Shown: positions 41,759-50,337 of the stretch, in pieces
Layout of the letters: every line of letters starts with the position of its first letter
Position numbering within the stretch: position 1 is the first letter of the stretch
Source of the DNA: Sphingopyxis sp.
GTDB lineage: Bacteria; Pseudomonadota; Alphaproteobacteria; Sphingomonadales; Sphingomonadaceae
Assembly: GCA_033764495.1 (NCBI GenBank)
Contig: JANRIY010000050.1
Span: 8,617-72,616, forward strand
DNA: 64,000 nucleotides
Reading direction: 5' to 3'
Translations under genes and position numbers: made by a program
Notes under the pieces: model-generated
Seen by the model: the letters and a program-made list of their open reading frames with translations, nothing else
Told to the model about the DNA's origin: nothing
Database searches by the model: none

Positions 41759-42786
41759 AGGCGGAAAAGCCCGCCGACCTTGGCCGCCTGACCAGCCTCG
41801 GCGGCGGCACGCGGTTTTATCTGGTGGCCGGTCCCGACGAAGCAAGCTGCGCCGCGCTGGGTGCGCACCTCGTCGCCCTGGCCGGTGCCGATGCCGAGCG
41901 CATTGATCTGTCGAGCGACGAGGTAAAGCGCGATCCGGCGCGCCTCGCCACCGAAGCCGCGTCGCTATCGCTGTTCGCCGGAGCGCGGGTCGTGCGGCTG
42001 ACGATTGCGGGCAGCGGCGATGACTGTCTGGATGCGGTGGCGGCGCTGCTCGCGGCCGACGCCGCACCCAATCCGGTCGTCGCCACCGCGCCGTCGCTCA
42101 CCAAAAAGTCGAAACTGTTCAAGCTGGCGGAGGATTCGGCGCTGGTGCGCGCTGCCGTCTGTTATCAGCCCGACACGCGCGAGCTGGTCAGCATCGCTGT
42201 CGCTGCAGCCCGCAGCGAAGGGTTGCAGCTCGGCGGGCGCGAGGCGACGATGCTGGTTGAAATGGTGGCGGGCGACCAGCAATTGCTGGTGCGCGAGATA
42301 GAGAAACTGGCGCTCTATCGCGATGCCGCACCCGACCGCCAGCGCGCGGTGGTGGCCGAGGACATTAGCGCTCTGGGCGCGGGCATTGATGAGGAAGATA
42401 TCGGGGCCTGTGTCAATGTCGTGCTGGGCGGCAAGGTTGCCGAATTGCCCGCCATGCTGGCCAGCGCCGAAGCCGTGGGGGTCGCAGATATCCGCCTGTT
42501 GCGTGCGCTGGCCATCCGGGTGCAATTGCTGGCGCGGCTGCGCGCCGAGGTCGACGGAGGCCAGCACCCGCGCACGTTGGTTAGTGACAAACGCTATGGC
42601 ATCTTCTGGAAAGAGGTTGATGCCGTCACGGTCCAGCTGCGGCTGTGGGATGCGATCCGGCTGGCGCGGCTGATGACCTTGCTTCTGGGCTGCGAACGCG
42701 CCCTCAAGGCATCGGGCACAGCGGGGTCGGTGCTGCTGCGGCGCCTGCTCGTCGATGTTGCTCGCCAAGCCGCGCGGGCGCGGTAA
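41755..42786 (+). CDS. holA: DNA polymerase III subunit delta
   Basis: ATG at 41755 overlaps the lptE TGA (ATGA). 343 aa. The N-terminus ...RFYLVAGPDE and the synteny both fit HolA. Confidence 0.75.
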   Translation: MKAEKPADLGRLTSLGGGTRFYLVAGPDEASCAALGAHLVALAGADAERIDLSSDEVKRDPARLATEAASLSLFAGARVVRLTIAGSGDDCLDAVAALLAADAAPNPVVATAPSLTKKSKLFKLAEDSALVRAAVCYQPDTRELVSIAVAAARSEGLQLGGREATMLVEMVAGDQQLLVREIEKLALYRDAAPDRQRAVVAEDISALGAGIDEEDIGACVNVVLGGKVAELPAMLASAEAVGVADIRLLRALAIRVQLLARLRAEVDGGQHPRTLVSDKRYGIFWKEVDAVTVQLRLWDAIRLARLMTLLLGCERALKASGTAGSVLLRRLLVDVARQAARAR

Positions 42787-42796
42787 ATCAATCTCC

Positions 42797-42825
42797 CGTC
42801 ATCTCAGAATTGATCCGGGACGACG
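42797..42825. repeat. degenerate solo REP unit
   Basis: CGTCATCTCAGAATTGATCCGGGACGACG keeps the CGTCAT...GACG ends of the REP family but has lost most of the stem complementarity. Confidence 0.4.
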
Positions 42826-42860
42826 ATACTGAAGCCACTTGGTCGGGCTGACCTCCAACC

Positions 42861-43382
42861 TTACTCATATTCTACCGAAATCGGAATACGCCCGCGGTAG
42901 TTGCCGTCACCGTCGCTCGCCACGGTCAGCCGCCCGCCAAAGCGAAAGCGCAGCCGCCCATTCGGGCCCAGTCGCGGCGCCGGGCCGAGGTCGGTCACGA
43001 CATCAACCACGCGGGCGCTGCGCCCTTGATCGCCGTCCAGCAGGATTTCCGCGGGAATCGCGATGCGGACGGCGCGACCCGGCGTGCCGCTGATCATGGC
43101 TTCGCCGGTCAGCGCCATGCCGCCCAGATCGCGCACGTCACCGCTCAGCCGCCGCTGCCCGCTTACTGGATCGACCATTACGCTACCGCCGCTGCGTCCA
43201 GTGGCCACGCGGCTGAAATCCAAGGCAGATGAAATTTCGATGCGCAAGGGCAGTTCGTCGCTCGCCGGGACCGGCCGGTTGGCGCTGGCCCCGCTTTGGT
43301 CGCACAGCAGGCACGGCGCGGCGCTGACGGACGGCCAGAACAGCACTGCCGAGAGCAGCGAAAGGGTCAGACGCAATATCAC
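42861..43382 (-). CDS. DUF4402 (spore coat U/fimbrial-like) domain exported protein
   Basis: GTG at 43380-43382. Signal peptide. The body LRIEISSALDFSRVA...GRAVRIAIPAEILL...GRLTVASDGDGNYRGRIPISVEYE resembles DUF4402. Confidence 0.5.
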   Translation of the reverse strand: MILRLTLSLLSAVLFWPSVSAAPCLLCDQSGASANRPVPASDELPLRIEISSALDFSRVATGRSGGSVMVDPVSGQRRLSGDVRDLGGMALTGEAMISGTPGRAVRIAIPAEILLDGDQGRSARVVDVVTDLGPAPRLGPNGRLRFRFGGRLTVASDGDGNYRGRIPISVEYE

Positions 43383-43512
43383 GGTATCGGGCTTGGCACA
43401 TCATGGTTAACCACGCGTAACCACCGGGCGAGCAGGCGTAACCCGGCGGCCCCTTGCAGCGAACCCGCTGAGCCCCGATATGCGGGTTGCTCCAGTCACG
43501 AAAGGCTGACCC

Positions 43513-43911
43513 ATGACCAATTCCAAACCGCTCGACCCCATGGCCGAATATGTGCTGCGCGAAGGCGGCACCGAACGCGCCTTCACCGGAAAATATAATA
43601 ATTTCAAAGGCGACGGCATGTTCCACTGCGCCGGTTGCGGCGCGCCGCTGTTCGACAGCCAAACCAAATATGACAGCGGCTCGGGTTGGCCCAGCTATAC
43701 CGCGCCTGCCGACGAAGCAGCTGTGAAGGAATTGGCCGACACCAGCCACGGCATGCGCCGCGTCGAGGTGCGTTGCGCGCGCTGCGAAGGCCATTTGGGG
43801 CATGTCTTTCCTGACGGTCCCGGGCCGACCGGCCTGCGCTATTGCATCAACAGCGCCGCGCTTGACTTCGCCGCGCGCGACGCGGATGACGCGGGCACGG
43901 GCACTGATTAA
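43513..43911 (+). CDS. msrB: peptide-methionine (R)-S-oxide reductase
   Basis: CAGCGAPLF...GWPS...[24 protein letters not shown] is the canonical MsrB pattern with both CxxC zinc motifs. Confidence 0.92.
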   Translation: MTNSKPLDPMAEYVLREGGTERAFTGKYNNFKGDGMFHCAGCGAPLFDSQTKYDSGSGWPSYTAPADEAAVKELADTSHGMRRVEVRCARCEGHLGHVFPDGPGPTGLRYCINSAALDFAARDADDAGTGTD

Positions 43912-43973
43912 CGCGGCATAAAGCGAGGCTGCGTCAAGGCCACACCGGGTGATGGACAAAAGGATGATGGCTT

Positions 43974-46073
43974 TTGCGCGGTGAACGGCGACAATTGACG
44001 GGCGGCGACGCTGGTGGCCGCAGTGTGAAAAAACCCACCGCGCCGCGCCCCGACGATGTGCCGCCGACCGGTTGGCGGCTGTGGTTGCGCCGCCTCGTCC
44101 GTTGGGGTCTGGGTGCGGGCTTGGTTGCTTTTGTCGCACTTGGCGTCGCGGTGGGCATCGCGGTGCAGCGCATCCCCAGCTTTGAACAGCTGAAGGGCAC
44201 CCCGGCGGGCCAGACAATTCGCGTGCGCGCGGTGGATGGCACCGTATTCTTCACCCTCGGCCCCAACTACGGCCGCTGGCTGCCCTTGTCCGAAGTGCCG
44301 CAGGTGATGCAGGATGCGATGGTCGCGGTTGAGGATCGGCGCTTTCGCTATCACCCCGGCGTCGATCCGGTCGGAATTGCGCGCGCTGTCACGGTGAGTG
44401 CGACCGGCGGCGGTCGGCTGCGCGCCGTGTCCACCATCTCGCAGCAACTCGCGCGCAACCTGTTCCTTTCGAACAACCGCAGCTATGTCCGCAAATTGCG
44501 CGAAGCCGTGCTGGCGATGGCGCTCGAATGGAAATTCTCGAAGGACCAGATTCTCGAAATCTATCTCAACAAAGTCTATTTTGGCGGCGGCAGTTATGGC
44601 ATCGACGCCGCCTCACGCACCTTTTTCGGCCACAGCGCGACTGAAATGTCGCTGTCAGAGGCGGCGGTAGTCGCCGGGCTGGTGAAGGCCCCGTCGCGCT
44701 ATGCCCCCACCGCCGACCCGCGTGCTGCGCTCGGCCGCGCCGGCGTCGTTTTGGACGTCATGGTTGATGCCGGTTTTCTGACTGCCGCAGAAGCCGCTAA
44801 CGCCAAGCCTGCAAATGTCAAAATGGCGCAGGAAAGCGGCCAAAATAGCGCGCGCTATTTCACCGACTGGATGCTTCCCCAGCTCGATCTGGTCATCGAC
44901 GAAGGCACCAAAGCGCTTGATGTTTGGACCACGCTCGACCTTAATCTCCAGCGCGCCGCCACCAGCGCGATCCAGGCCAATGTTCCGCGCGGGGTGCAGG
45001 GCGCTCTGGTCAGCCTTGACCGTGACGGCGCGGTGCGGGCGATGGTTGGCGGCACCGACTATGTCAGCTCCAATTATAACCGCGCAACCCAGGCCGTGCG
45101 GCAGCCGGGGTCGGCGTGGAAATTGTTCGTCTATCTGGCCGCGCTCGAATCCGGGCTGCGCGTCGATGACAAGGTGGTCGACCAGCCAGTGACGATCAAC
45201 GGCTGGAGCCCTCGCAACGCGACCGGGCGCTTCTCGGGCGAAATGACAGTGCGCACCGCCTTTGCCAATTCGATCAACACCGTGGCGGCGGTGATCGGCG
45301 ATGAAATCGGCTTTTCGGCGGTGGCGGGCATGGCGCGCCGCTTTGGCATCACCACCCCGGTCAATACCCAGCCCTCGATGGTGCTCGGCACGGCCGAGGT
45401 TCGCGTCATCGACATGACCGCCGCCTTTGCCGCGGTCGCGCGGCGCGGCGTGTCGGTCGAACCCTATGGCATCACCAAGGTTGCGACGACCGAAGGGGAG
45501 CTGCTTTACCAGCGCAAGCCGCAAGCGGGCCAACGGCTCGTTGATGATTGGGTTGCGGCGGGGATCACCGACCTGCTGCAAACCGCGGTCAACACCGGCA
45601 CCGGTCGCGCCGCGCAAATCGGCCGCCCGGTCGCTGGCAAAACCGGCACCACGACCAGCAACAAGGACGGCTGGTTCCTTGGTTTTTCCAGCGGTCTTAC
45701 CACCGGCGTGTGGATGGGCCGCGACGATGCCAAAGCGGTCGGCGGGCTCCAGGGCGGCCGCGCCCCGGCGCAAGCCTTTGCGCAATATATGCGCATCGCC
45801 GTCGCGCGCCGCCCGGTCGAGCCCTTTGACACCGAAGTCGTACTGCCCGAATGGCAGCTGGAAGAAGACGGTGAGGCCTACTTTGGCGAGCCGGGGGCTG
45901 AGGGTTATGTCGACGAAAACGGCATGCCGATCGAGTTGCCCGTCGAACCGGAGGCGGGCGAAGGCGGGGAATTCGTGGCCCCGCCCAAGGAGCCGGTCGA
46001 ACCAAAACTCGACGAAGATTGGCTCAACGAACAAACCGGAGGCGGGGGCGCGCAGCCTCCGCCCCGGCCCTAG
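43974..46073 (+). CDS. PBP1A-family bifunctional penicillin-binding protein (GT51 transglycosylase plus transpeptidase)
   Basis: GT51 motif EDRRFRYHPGVD. Transpeptidase motifs SAWK, SIN and KTGTT. Start uncertain (TTG at 43974 or GTG at 44025). Acidic/Pro-rich tail. Confidence 0.85.
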   Translation: MRGERRQLTGGDAGGRSVKKPTAPRPDDVPPTGWRLWLRRLVRWGLGAGLVAFVALGVAVGIAVQRIPSFEQLKGTPAGQTIRVRAVDGTVFFTLGPNYGRWLPLSEVPQVMQDAMVAVEDRRFRYHPGVDPVGIARAVTVSATGGGRLRAVSTISQQLARNLFLSNNRSYVRKLREAVLAMALEWKFSKDQILEIYLNKVYFGGGSYGIDAASRTFFGHSATEMSLSEAAVVAGLVKAPSRYAPTADPRAALGRAGVVLDVMVDAGFLTAAEAANAKPANVKMAQESGQNSARYFTDWMLPQLDLVIDEGTKALDVWTTLDLNLQRAATSAIQANVPRGVQGALVSLDRDGAVRAMVGGTDYVSSNYNRATQAVRQPGSAWKLFVYLAALESGLRVDDKVVDQPVTINGWSPRNATGRFSGEMTVRTAFANSINTVAAVIGDEIGFSAVAGMARRFGITTPVNTQPSMVLGTAEVRVIDMTAAFAAVARRGVSVEPYGITKVATTEGELLYQRKPQAGQRLVDDWVAAGITDLLQTAVNTGTGRAAQIGRPVAGKTGTTTSNKDGWFLGFSSGLTTGVWMGRDDAKAVGGLQGGRAPAQAFAQYMRIAVARRPVEPFDTEVVLPEWQLEEDGEAYFGEPGAEGYVDENGMPIELPVEPEAGEGGEFVAPPKEPVEPKLDEDWLNEQTGGGGAQPPPRP

Positions 46074-46810
46074 CCAAAGCGGTAGCGGTGCAGTTCGCGC
46101 CCGTTGGTTCTCAGCCAGCGCCGGGCGCCCGCCACCGGAGCGCCGTTGAGAACGTCGACCAACGCGTGAAACTCCGGCCCATGGTGCATGTGCACCCGGT
46201 GCGCCACTTCATGCGCCACGGTCGCGTGGCGGACCGCGTCGGGTGCCATGATTAGCCGCCAGCTATAGCGTAGCCGTCCGTCGGCGGCACAGCTGCCCCA
46301 GCGGCTCCTTGGATCGCCCACCGCGACGCTGGCGATGGCAATGTCATGCGCCGCGGCGATGGTACGGCTTTCGGCGTCAAGCAGCGCCAGCGCTTCGGCT
46401 TTCAGCCAGCGTCCGATCCGCGGGCCCACGGTTTCGGCGGGGCCGCCCAGCATCAGCGCCGCGCCGTCGTCCACCACCCTGCGCGCCCGGCCCGCGTCCC
46501 AGTCAACCCGCCGCAGCGTTCCGCGCACGGGCAGGCTGACCCCGGCTGTTACCGCAATCGGGCCCTCGTCGCGCGCCACTTGCCCCGCGATCCAACCTTG
46601 CTGGTCCTTAACCCACGCCAGCGCCTGCCGTTCGCTCGCGCGGCACGGGATGGTCAGGCGCAGCTCGCCGCGCACGGCGTCAAACACCAGCCGGTACCGC
46701 CGCGCGGCAGCGTGGCGCACGAGCCGCAACGGCCAGTCTTGCCCCGCAACGGCGATATGCAGCGCCTCAGACTTCGCGTTCGACAAGATGCTGCTCCAGC
46801 GGCCCGGCAA
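46070..46810 (-). CDS. M48-family/YgjP-like (DUF45) metallopeptidase
   Basis: HEVAHRVHMHHGPEF zinc motif. TTG start at 46810 (alternative TTG at 46786) overlaps the ycgN 3' end. Confidence 0.75.
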   Translation of the reverse strand: MPGRWSSILSNAKSEALHIAVAGQDWPLRLVRHAAARRYRLVFDAVRGELRLTIPCRASERQALAWVKDQQGWIAGQVARDEGPIAVTAGVSLPVRGTLRRVDWDAGRARRVVDDGAALMLGGPAETVGPRIGRWLKAEALALLDAESRTIAAAHDIAIASVAVGDPRSRWGSCAADGRLRYSWRLIMAPDAVRHATVAHEVAHRVHMHHGPEFHALVDVLNGAPVAGARRWLRTNGRELHRYRFG

Positions 46811-47204
46811 TGGTTTCGCTCACTGTCCAGCCGACAATCGACTGCCCTGCACGGTGCAGGGCGGCATCGTCCCCGCTTTCCAGATAATGCCAACTGGGCA
46901 ATGGCAGGCCATCCGCGCGCAGCCGGTAGGCGCAGGTCAGCGGCAGCCACGCGATCTCGTCAATCTTGTGGCGGCTCAGCGTCAGGCAATCGGGCACATG
47001 GCGCTTGCGGTTTGGATAATCGCTGCAGCGCGCCGTCGCGGGATCGATCATTCGGCACACTACATTGGTGGGATAAATCCGGCCCGTATCCTCATCTTCC
47101 AGCTTGTGGAGGCAGCATTTACCACAGCCGTCACACAGCGCCTCCCATTGCCCGGCGTCCAACGTATGCAGCGGCGCATCCCACCAACGGGTCGCCGCGC
47201 TCAT
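46767..47204 (-). CDS. ycgN: YcgN family cysteine-cluster protein (UPF0260)
   Basis: WEALCDGCGKCCLHKLEDEDTG...RCSDYPNR...VPDC..L....I....WLP.TCAYRL matches the YcgN family. Confidence 0.85.
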   Translation of the reverse strand: MSAATRWWDAPLHTLDAGQWEALCDGCGKCCLHKLEDEDTGRIYPTNVVCRMIDPATARCSDYPNRKRHVPDCLTLSRHKIDEIAWLPLTCAYRLRADGLPLPSWHYLESGDDAALHRAGQSIVGWTVSETIAGPLEQHLVEREV

Positions 47205-47851
47205 TTGACCCAGCGGTCAAGTTCGGCGGCGACCAGCGCGGGCCGCCCCTCGTCGTCGGGCGTGCTGATGTCATCAATGGGGAGCAACGCCAGCGGCTCG
47301 CCCTCAGGCCCCATCAGATAGGCGAGCTGCGTATGCGCCATCAGATAGCGGTCGGGGGCGGAGCCCTCCTGCTTCTTATATGTCACCAGAAACGCCTTGG
47401 CTGCCCCGGCCACCGCCGCTTCACTGCCGGTCAGGCCCAAGAGGCGCGGATGATAGCGCGCAACAAACGGCGCCAGCGCTTCGGGCGTGTCGCGTGCAGG
47501 GTCGATGCTAATGAAAATCGGCGCGACCTTTGCCCCGCGCTCGGGGTCGATCGCCTCGAACTGGCGCAGCCCGGCCATCAGCTTCTGCAAATCGACCGGG
47601 CAGACATCGGGGCAAAAGCTGTATCCGAAATAGATCAAGCGATATTGCCCTTTAAAGTCACTATCGCGTACGGTTTTGCCGCTCTGGTCGGTCAGCATGA
47701 AGGGGCCGCCAATGGTCGCACCCTGCAGCGGCGGTTCGGGCGGCGGGCCTGAACAGGTAGCGCTCAACAGCAGGATAGGCGCCAGCACACCCGTTCCTAG
47801 CATCACCCTTGCATGGCGGGGGGCGAAGGCCCCATATAGTCGGTTCATCAT
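47201..47851 (-). CDS. SCO family (Sco1/SenC) copper chaperone/thiol-disulfide protein
   Basis: ATG at 47851 or 47848. FGYSFCPDVCP CxxxC motif. Its stop overlaps the ycgN start (ATGA). Confidence 0.85.
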   Translation of the reverse strand: MMNRLYGAFAPRHARVMLGTGVLAPILLLSATCSGPPPEPPLQGATIGGPFMLTDQSGKTVRDSDFKGQYRLIYFGYSFCPDVCPVDLQKLMAGLRQFEAIDPERGAKVAPIFISIDPARDTPEALAPFVARYHPRLLGLTGSEAAVAGAAKAFLVTYKKQEGSAPDRYLMAHTQLAYLMGPEGEPLALLPIDDISTPDDEGRPALVAAELDRWVK

Positions 47852-47906
47852 GCCGCCAGCCTTGCTGGTGTAAGGCGGCAAAATCAAGCATTCGTCAGGT
47901 GGCCCC

Positions 47907-48521
47907 ATGCTGCGATTTTTCCGTTTTGCCCGTTTTGCCCTTCCCGCCCTCGCCGCGACGCTGCTCCTACCCACCAGCGCCGCCGCGCAATTTTCGGACA
48001 GTTATAATTTCCTCAAAGCCGTGCGCGAACGTGACGGGGCCGAGGCGAGCAAGTATCTGAACGACGAAACGACCCGCGTTATCAATACGCGCGATACGTC
48101 GAGCGGGGAAACGGCGCTCGCCATCGTCATCAAGAACCGCGACCTTAGCTGGACGCGCTTCCTGCTCGCCAAAGGCGCCAATCCCGGCATCGCCGACCGC
48201 CAGGGGATGACGCCGCTCATGCATGCGACGCTTCTCGGCTTTACCGACGGCGCTGAAGCGCTGCTGGGGCGCGGCGCGCAGGTCGATCAGGCCAACAGCC
48301 GCGGCGAAACCGCGCTGATTCTGGCGGTGCAGCGCCGCGACGCGGCAATGGTGCGCATGCTGGTCAAACGCGGAGCGAATCCGGACAAAACCGACCATAT
48401 TGCCGGGCTGTCGGCGCGTGACTATGCCAAGCGTGATGATCGCACCGGCACCATGCTGGCGCTGCTCGACGCAAAGGACGAAACCACCAGGCCGCTGGGG
48501 CCGGTGTTCGGACCGAATTGA
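47907..48521 (+). CDS. exported ankyrin-repeat protein
   Basis: Signal peptide ...LLLPTSAAAQ. Three or four ANK repeats (G.TAL..A......V..LL..GA). Confidence 0.8.
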   Translation: MLRFFRFARFALPALAATLLLPTSAAAQFSDSYNFLKAVRERDGAEASKYLNDETTRVINTRDTSSGETALAIVIKNRDLSWTRFLLAKGANPGIADRQGMTPLMHATLLGFTDGAEALLGRGAQVDQANSRGETALILAVQRRDAAMVRMLVKRGANPDKTDHIAGLSARDYAKRDDRTGTMLALLDAKDETTRPLGPVFGPN

Positions 48522-48550
48522 CCGGTTCAATGTAATTCTAACCTTGTAAA

Positions 48551-48566
48551 TCACACTGTAGTGTGA
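48551..48566. promoter_or_regulatory. 16-bp inverted repeat upstream of ribBX (candidate operator)
   Basis: TCACACT-GT-AGTGTGA, two perfect 7-bp arms, in the AT-rich 81-nt intergenic region. Confidence 0.4.
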
Positions 48567-48573
48567 AACAGAA

Positions 48574-48599
48574 ACACATCTCCACAGTGGAAGGTGTGT
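48574..48599 (+). promoter_or_regulatory. hairpin sequestering the ribBX Shine-Dalgarno sequence
   Basis: ACACAUCUCCAC pairs with GUGGAAGGUGUGU (about 12 pairs with one bulged A). It includes the SD GGAAGG (48589-48594), which lies 8 nt before the ATG at 48603. Confidence 0.4.
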
Positions 48600-48602
48600 A
48601 TC

Positions 48603-49904
48603 ATGTCGACCGAACTCATCACCCGCCTGCGCGGCCTCGTCACCGAAGGCGGATTGTCGCGCTCGGGGCTCGCCCGTGCGGCGGGGTTGCATGCCAATAC
48701 CTTGCGCGATCTGGACCAGCCCGACTGGAACCCCACCGCCGACACGCTGCGCAAGCTCGAAGCCTATTTGTTCGACAGCGACGACACGCCCGCGCTCGTC
48801 CCCATCGAAGAAATCATCGAGGAAGCGCGCAACGGCCGCATGTTCATCCTGGTCGATGATGAAGACCGCGAGAATGAGGGCGACCTTATCATTCCCGCGC
48901 AAATGGCGACCCCCGATGCGATCAACTTCATGGCGACACACGGCCGCGGGCTTATCTGCCTCGCCATGACCCGCAGCCGGGTCGACCAATTGGGGCTCGA
49001 CCTGATGAGCCGCTCGAACGGCACCCGCCACGAAACCGCCTTCACCGTGTCGATTGAGGCGCGCGAAGGCGTGACAACGGGTATTTCGGCGCACGACCGC
49101 GCGCGCACCATTGCGGTGGCCATCGATGCAGGCAAATCGCGCGACGATATCGTCACGCCGGGCCACGTCTTTCCGCTGGTCGCGCGCGACGGCGGCGTCC
49201 TGGTGCGCGCGGGGCATACCGAGGCGGCGGTTGACGTCGCGCGGCTAGCCGGGCTCAACCCGGCGGGCGTGATTTGCGAAATTATGAAGGACGACGGCAC
49301 CATGGCGCGGATGGACGATCTCGTCGCCTTCGCGCGGCTCCACAAACTCAAAATGGGGACGATCCGCGACCTCATCGCCTATCGCCGCAAACATGATCAC
49401 CTCGTCGAAAAGCGCGCCGAAATGACCTTCACCAGCCGCTGGGGCGGCGACTGGAAGGCGATTACCTTTTTCAACAAGGCCACCGGCGATGAAACCATGG
49501 CGCTGGTCAAAGGCCATATCGACCCCGGGCAGCCGACACTGGTGCGCATGCACACCATGTCGATGTTCGTCGATGTGTTCGGTGAAACCAACGAACGCGC
49601 AGGGCTGTTGTCGCGCTCGATGGAAATGATTGCCGAGGAAGGGCGCGGCGTGCTCGTGCTCATCAACAGGCCGATGCAAGGCATCGTCTCGCGCTTCATG
49701 GCGCTGCGCGCCCAAGGCAAAGCGGCGGGCGACCCACAGGTGGAGGAGCTGCGCGATTACGGTGTCGGTGCGCAAATCCTCGCCGAACTGGGGGTCCACG
49801 ACATGGTGCTGCTGACCAACACACACCACAGCTTGGTCGGGCTCGACGGTTATGGCTTGTCGATCGTCGGCGAACGCGCCATTCCCGGTACCGGAGGCGA
49901 ATGA
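48603..49904 (+). CDS. ribB: 3,4-dihydroxy-2-butanone-4-phosphate synthase with an N-terminal HTH-like extension and a degenerate GTP-cyclohydrolase-II-like C-domain (RibBX type)
   Basis: ATG at 48603. DHBP synthase core MFILVDDEDRENEGDLIIPAQ. The C-domain aligns to RibA, but VHSEC...RCDCG is replaced by MHTMS...NERAG. Confidence 0.85.
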   Translation: MSTELITRLRGLVTEGGLSRSGLARAAGLHANTLRDLDQPDWNPTADTLRKLEAYLFDSDDTPALVPIEEIIEEARNGRMFILVDDEDRENEGDLIIPAQMATPDAINFMATHGRGLICLAMTRSRVDQLGLDLMSRSNGTRHETAFTVSIEAREGVTTGISAHDRARTIAVAIDAGKSRDDIVTPGHVFPLVARDGGVLVRAGHTEAAVDVARLAGLNPAGVICEIMKDDGTMARMDDLVAFARLHKLKMGTIRDLIAYRRKHDHLVEKRAEMTFTSRWGGDWKAITFFNKATGDETMALVKGHIDPGQPTLVRMHTMSMFVDVFGETNERAGLLSRSMEMIAEEGRGVLVLINRPMQGIVSRFMALRAQGKAAGDPQVEELRDYGVGAQILAELGVHDMVLLTNTHHSLVGLDGYGLSIVGERAIPGTGGE

Positions 49905-49907
49905 TTC

Positions 49908-50333
49908 ATGGCCAATCTGCTGATTGTCGAGGCGCGCTTCTATGCGCATATCAACGACATGCTGCTTGATGGCGTGCGCAGCGCGATCGACGCGGCGGGG
50001 CACACCCATGAAACCATCACCGTTCCCGGCGCGCTCGAAATCCCCGCCGCCATCGCGCTCGCCAGCGAAACCGGACGCTATGACGCCTATGTCGCGGTCG
50101 GCGTGGTGATTCGCGGCGAAACCTATCACTTCGAAGTCGTGTCGAACGAAAGTGCGCGCGCGATCATGGCACTCAGCCTCGACGGCTTTGCCATTGGCAA
50201 CGGCATATTGACCGTGGAGAATGAGGCGCAGGCGCTGGTGCGCGCCGACAAGACGCTGAAGGACAAGGGCGGTGAAGCCGCCAATGCGGCGCTCGCGATG
50301 CTTTCGCTCAAGTATCGGTTCGGCGTTGCCTGA
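49908..50333 (+). CDS. ribH: 6,7-dimethyl-8-ribityllumazine synthase
   Basis: [12 protein letters not shown]...VPGALEIP......[16 protein letters not shown]... is typical of RibH. GGAGG lies upstream. Confidence 0.9.
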   Translation: MANLLIVEARFYAHINDMLLDGVRSAIDAAGHTHETITVPGALEIPAAIALASETGRYDAYVAVGVVIRGETYHFEVVSNESARAIMALSLDGFAIGNGILTVENEAQALVRADKTLKDKGGEAANAALAMLSLKYRFGVA

Positions 50334-50337
50334 CCGG

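Noticed and set aside
43394-43410. TGGCAC in the DUF4402/msrB intergenic region, resembling the -24 element of a sigma-54 promoter.
   Set aside because: The required -12 element (TTGC, with GC 10 nt after the GG) is absent; the sequence reads TGGCACATCATGGTTAA.
48522-48602. An FMN (RFN) riboswitch, expected upstream of riboflavin genes. I also looked at 59164-59430.
   Set aside because: The ribBX upstream region is only 81 nt and AT-rich. The 267-nt region upstream of the ribD operon shows none of the GC-rich conserved RFN core segments I can recall. A covariance-model scan would be decisive.
48768-48770. An in-frame TTG that would give a canonical-length RibB without the HTH-like extension.
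   Set aside because: The 165 nt upstream of it show strong GC3 coding bias in the same frame. An ATG at 48603 has a well-spaced SD (GGAAGG). The AT-rich non-coding DNA ends exactly at that ATG.
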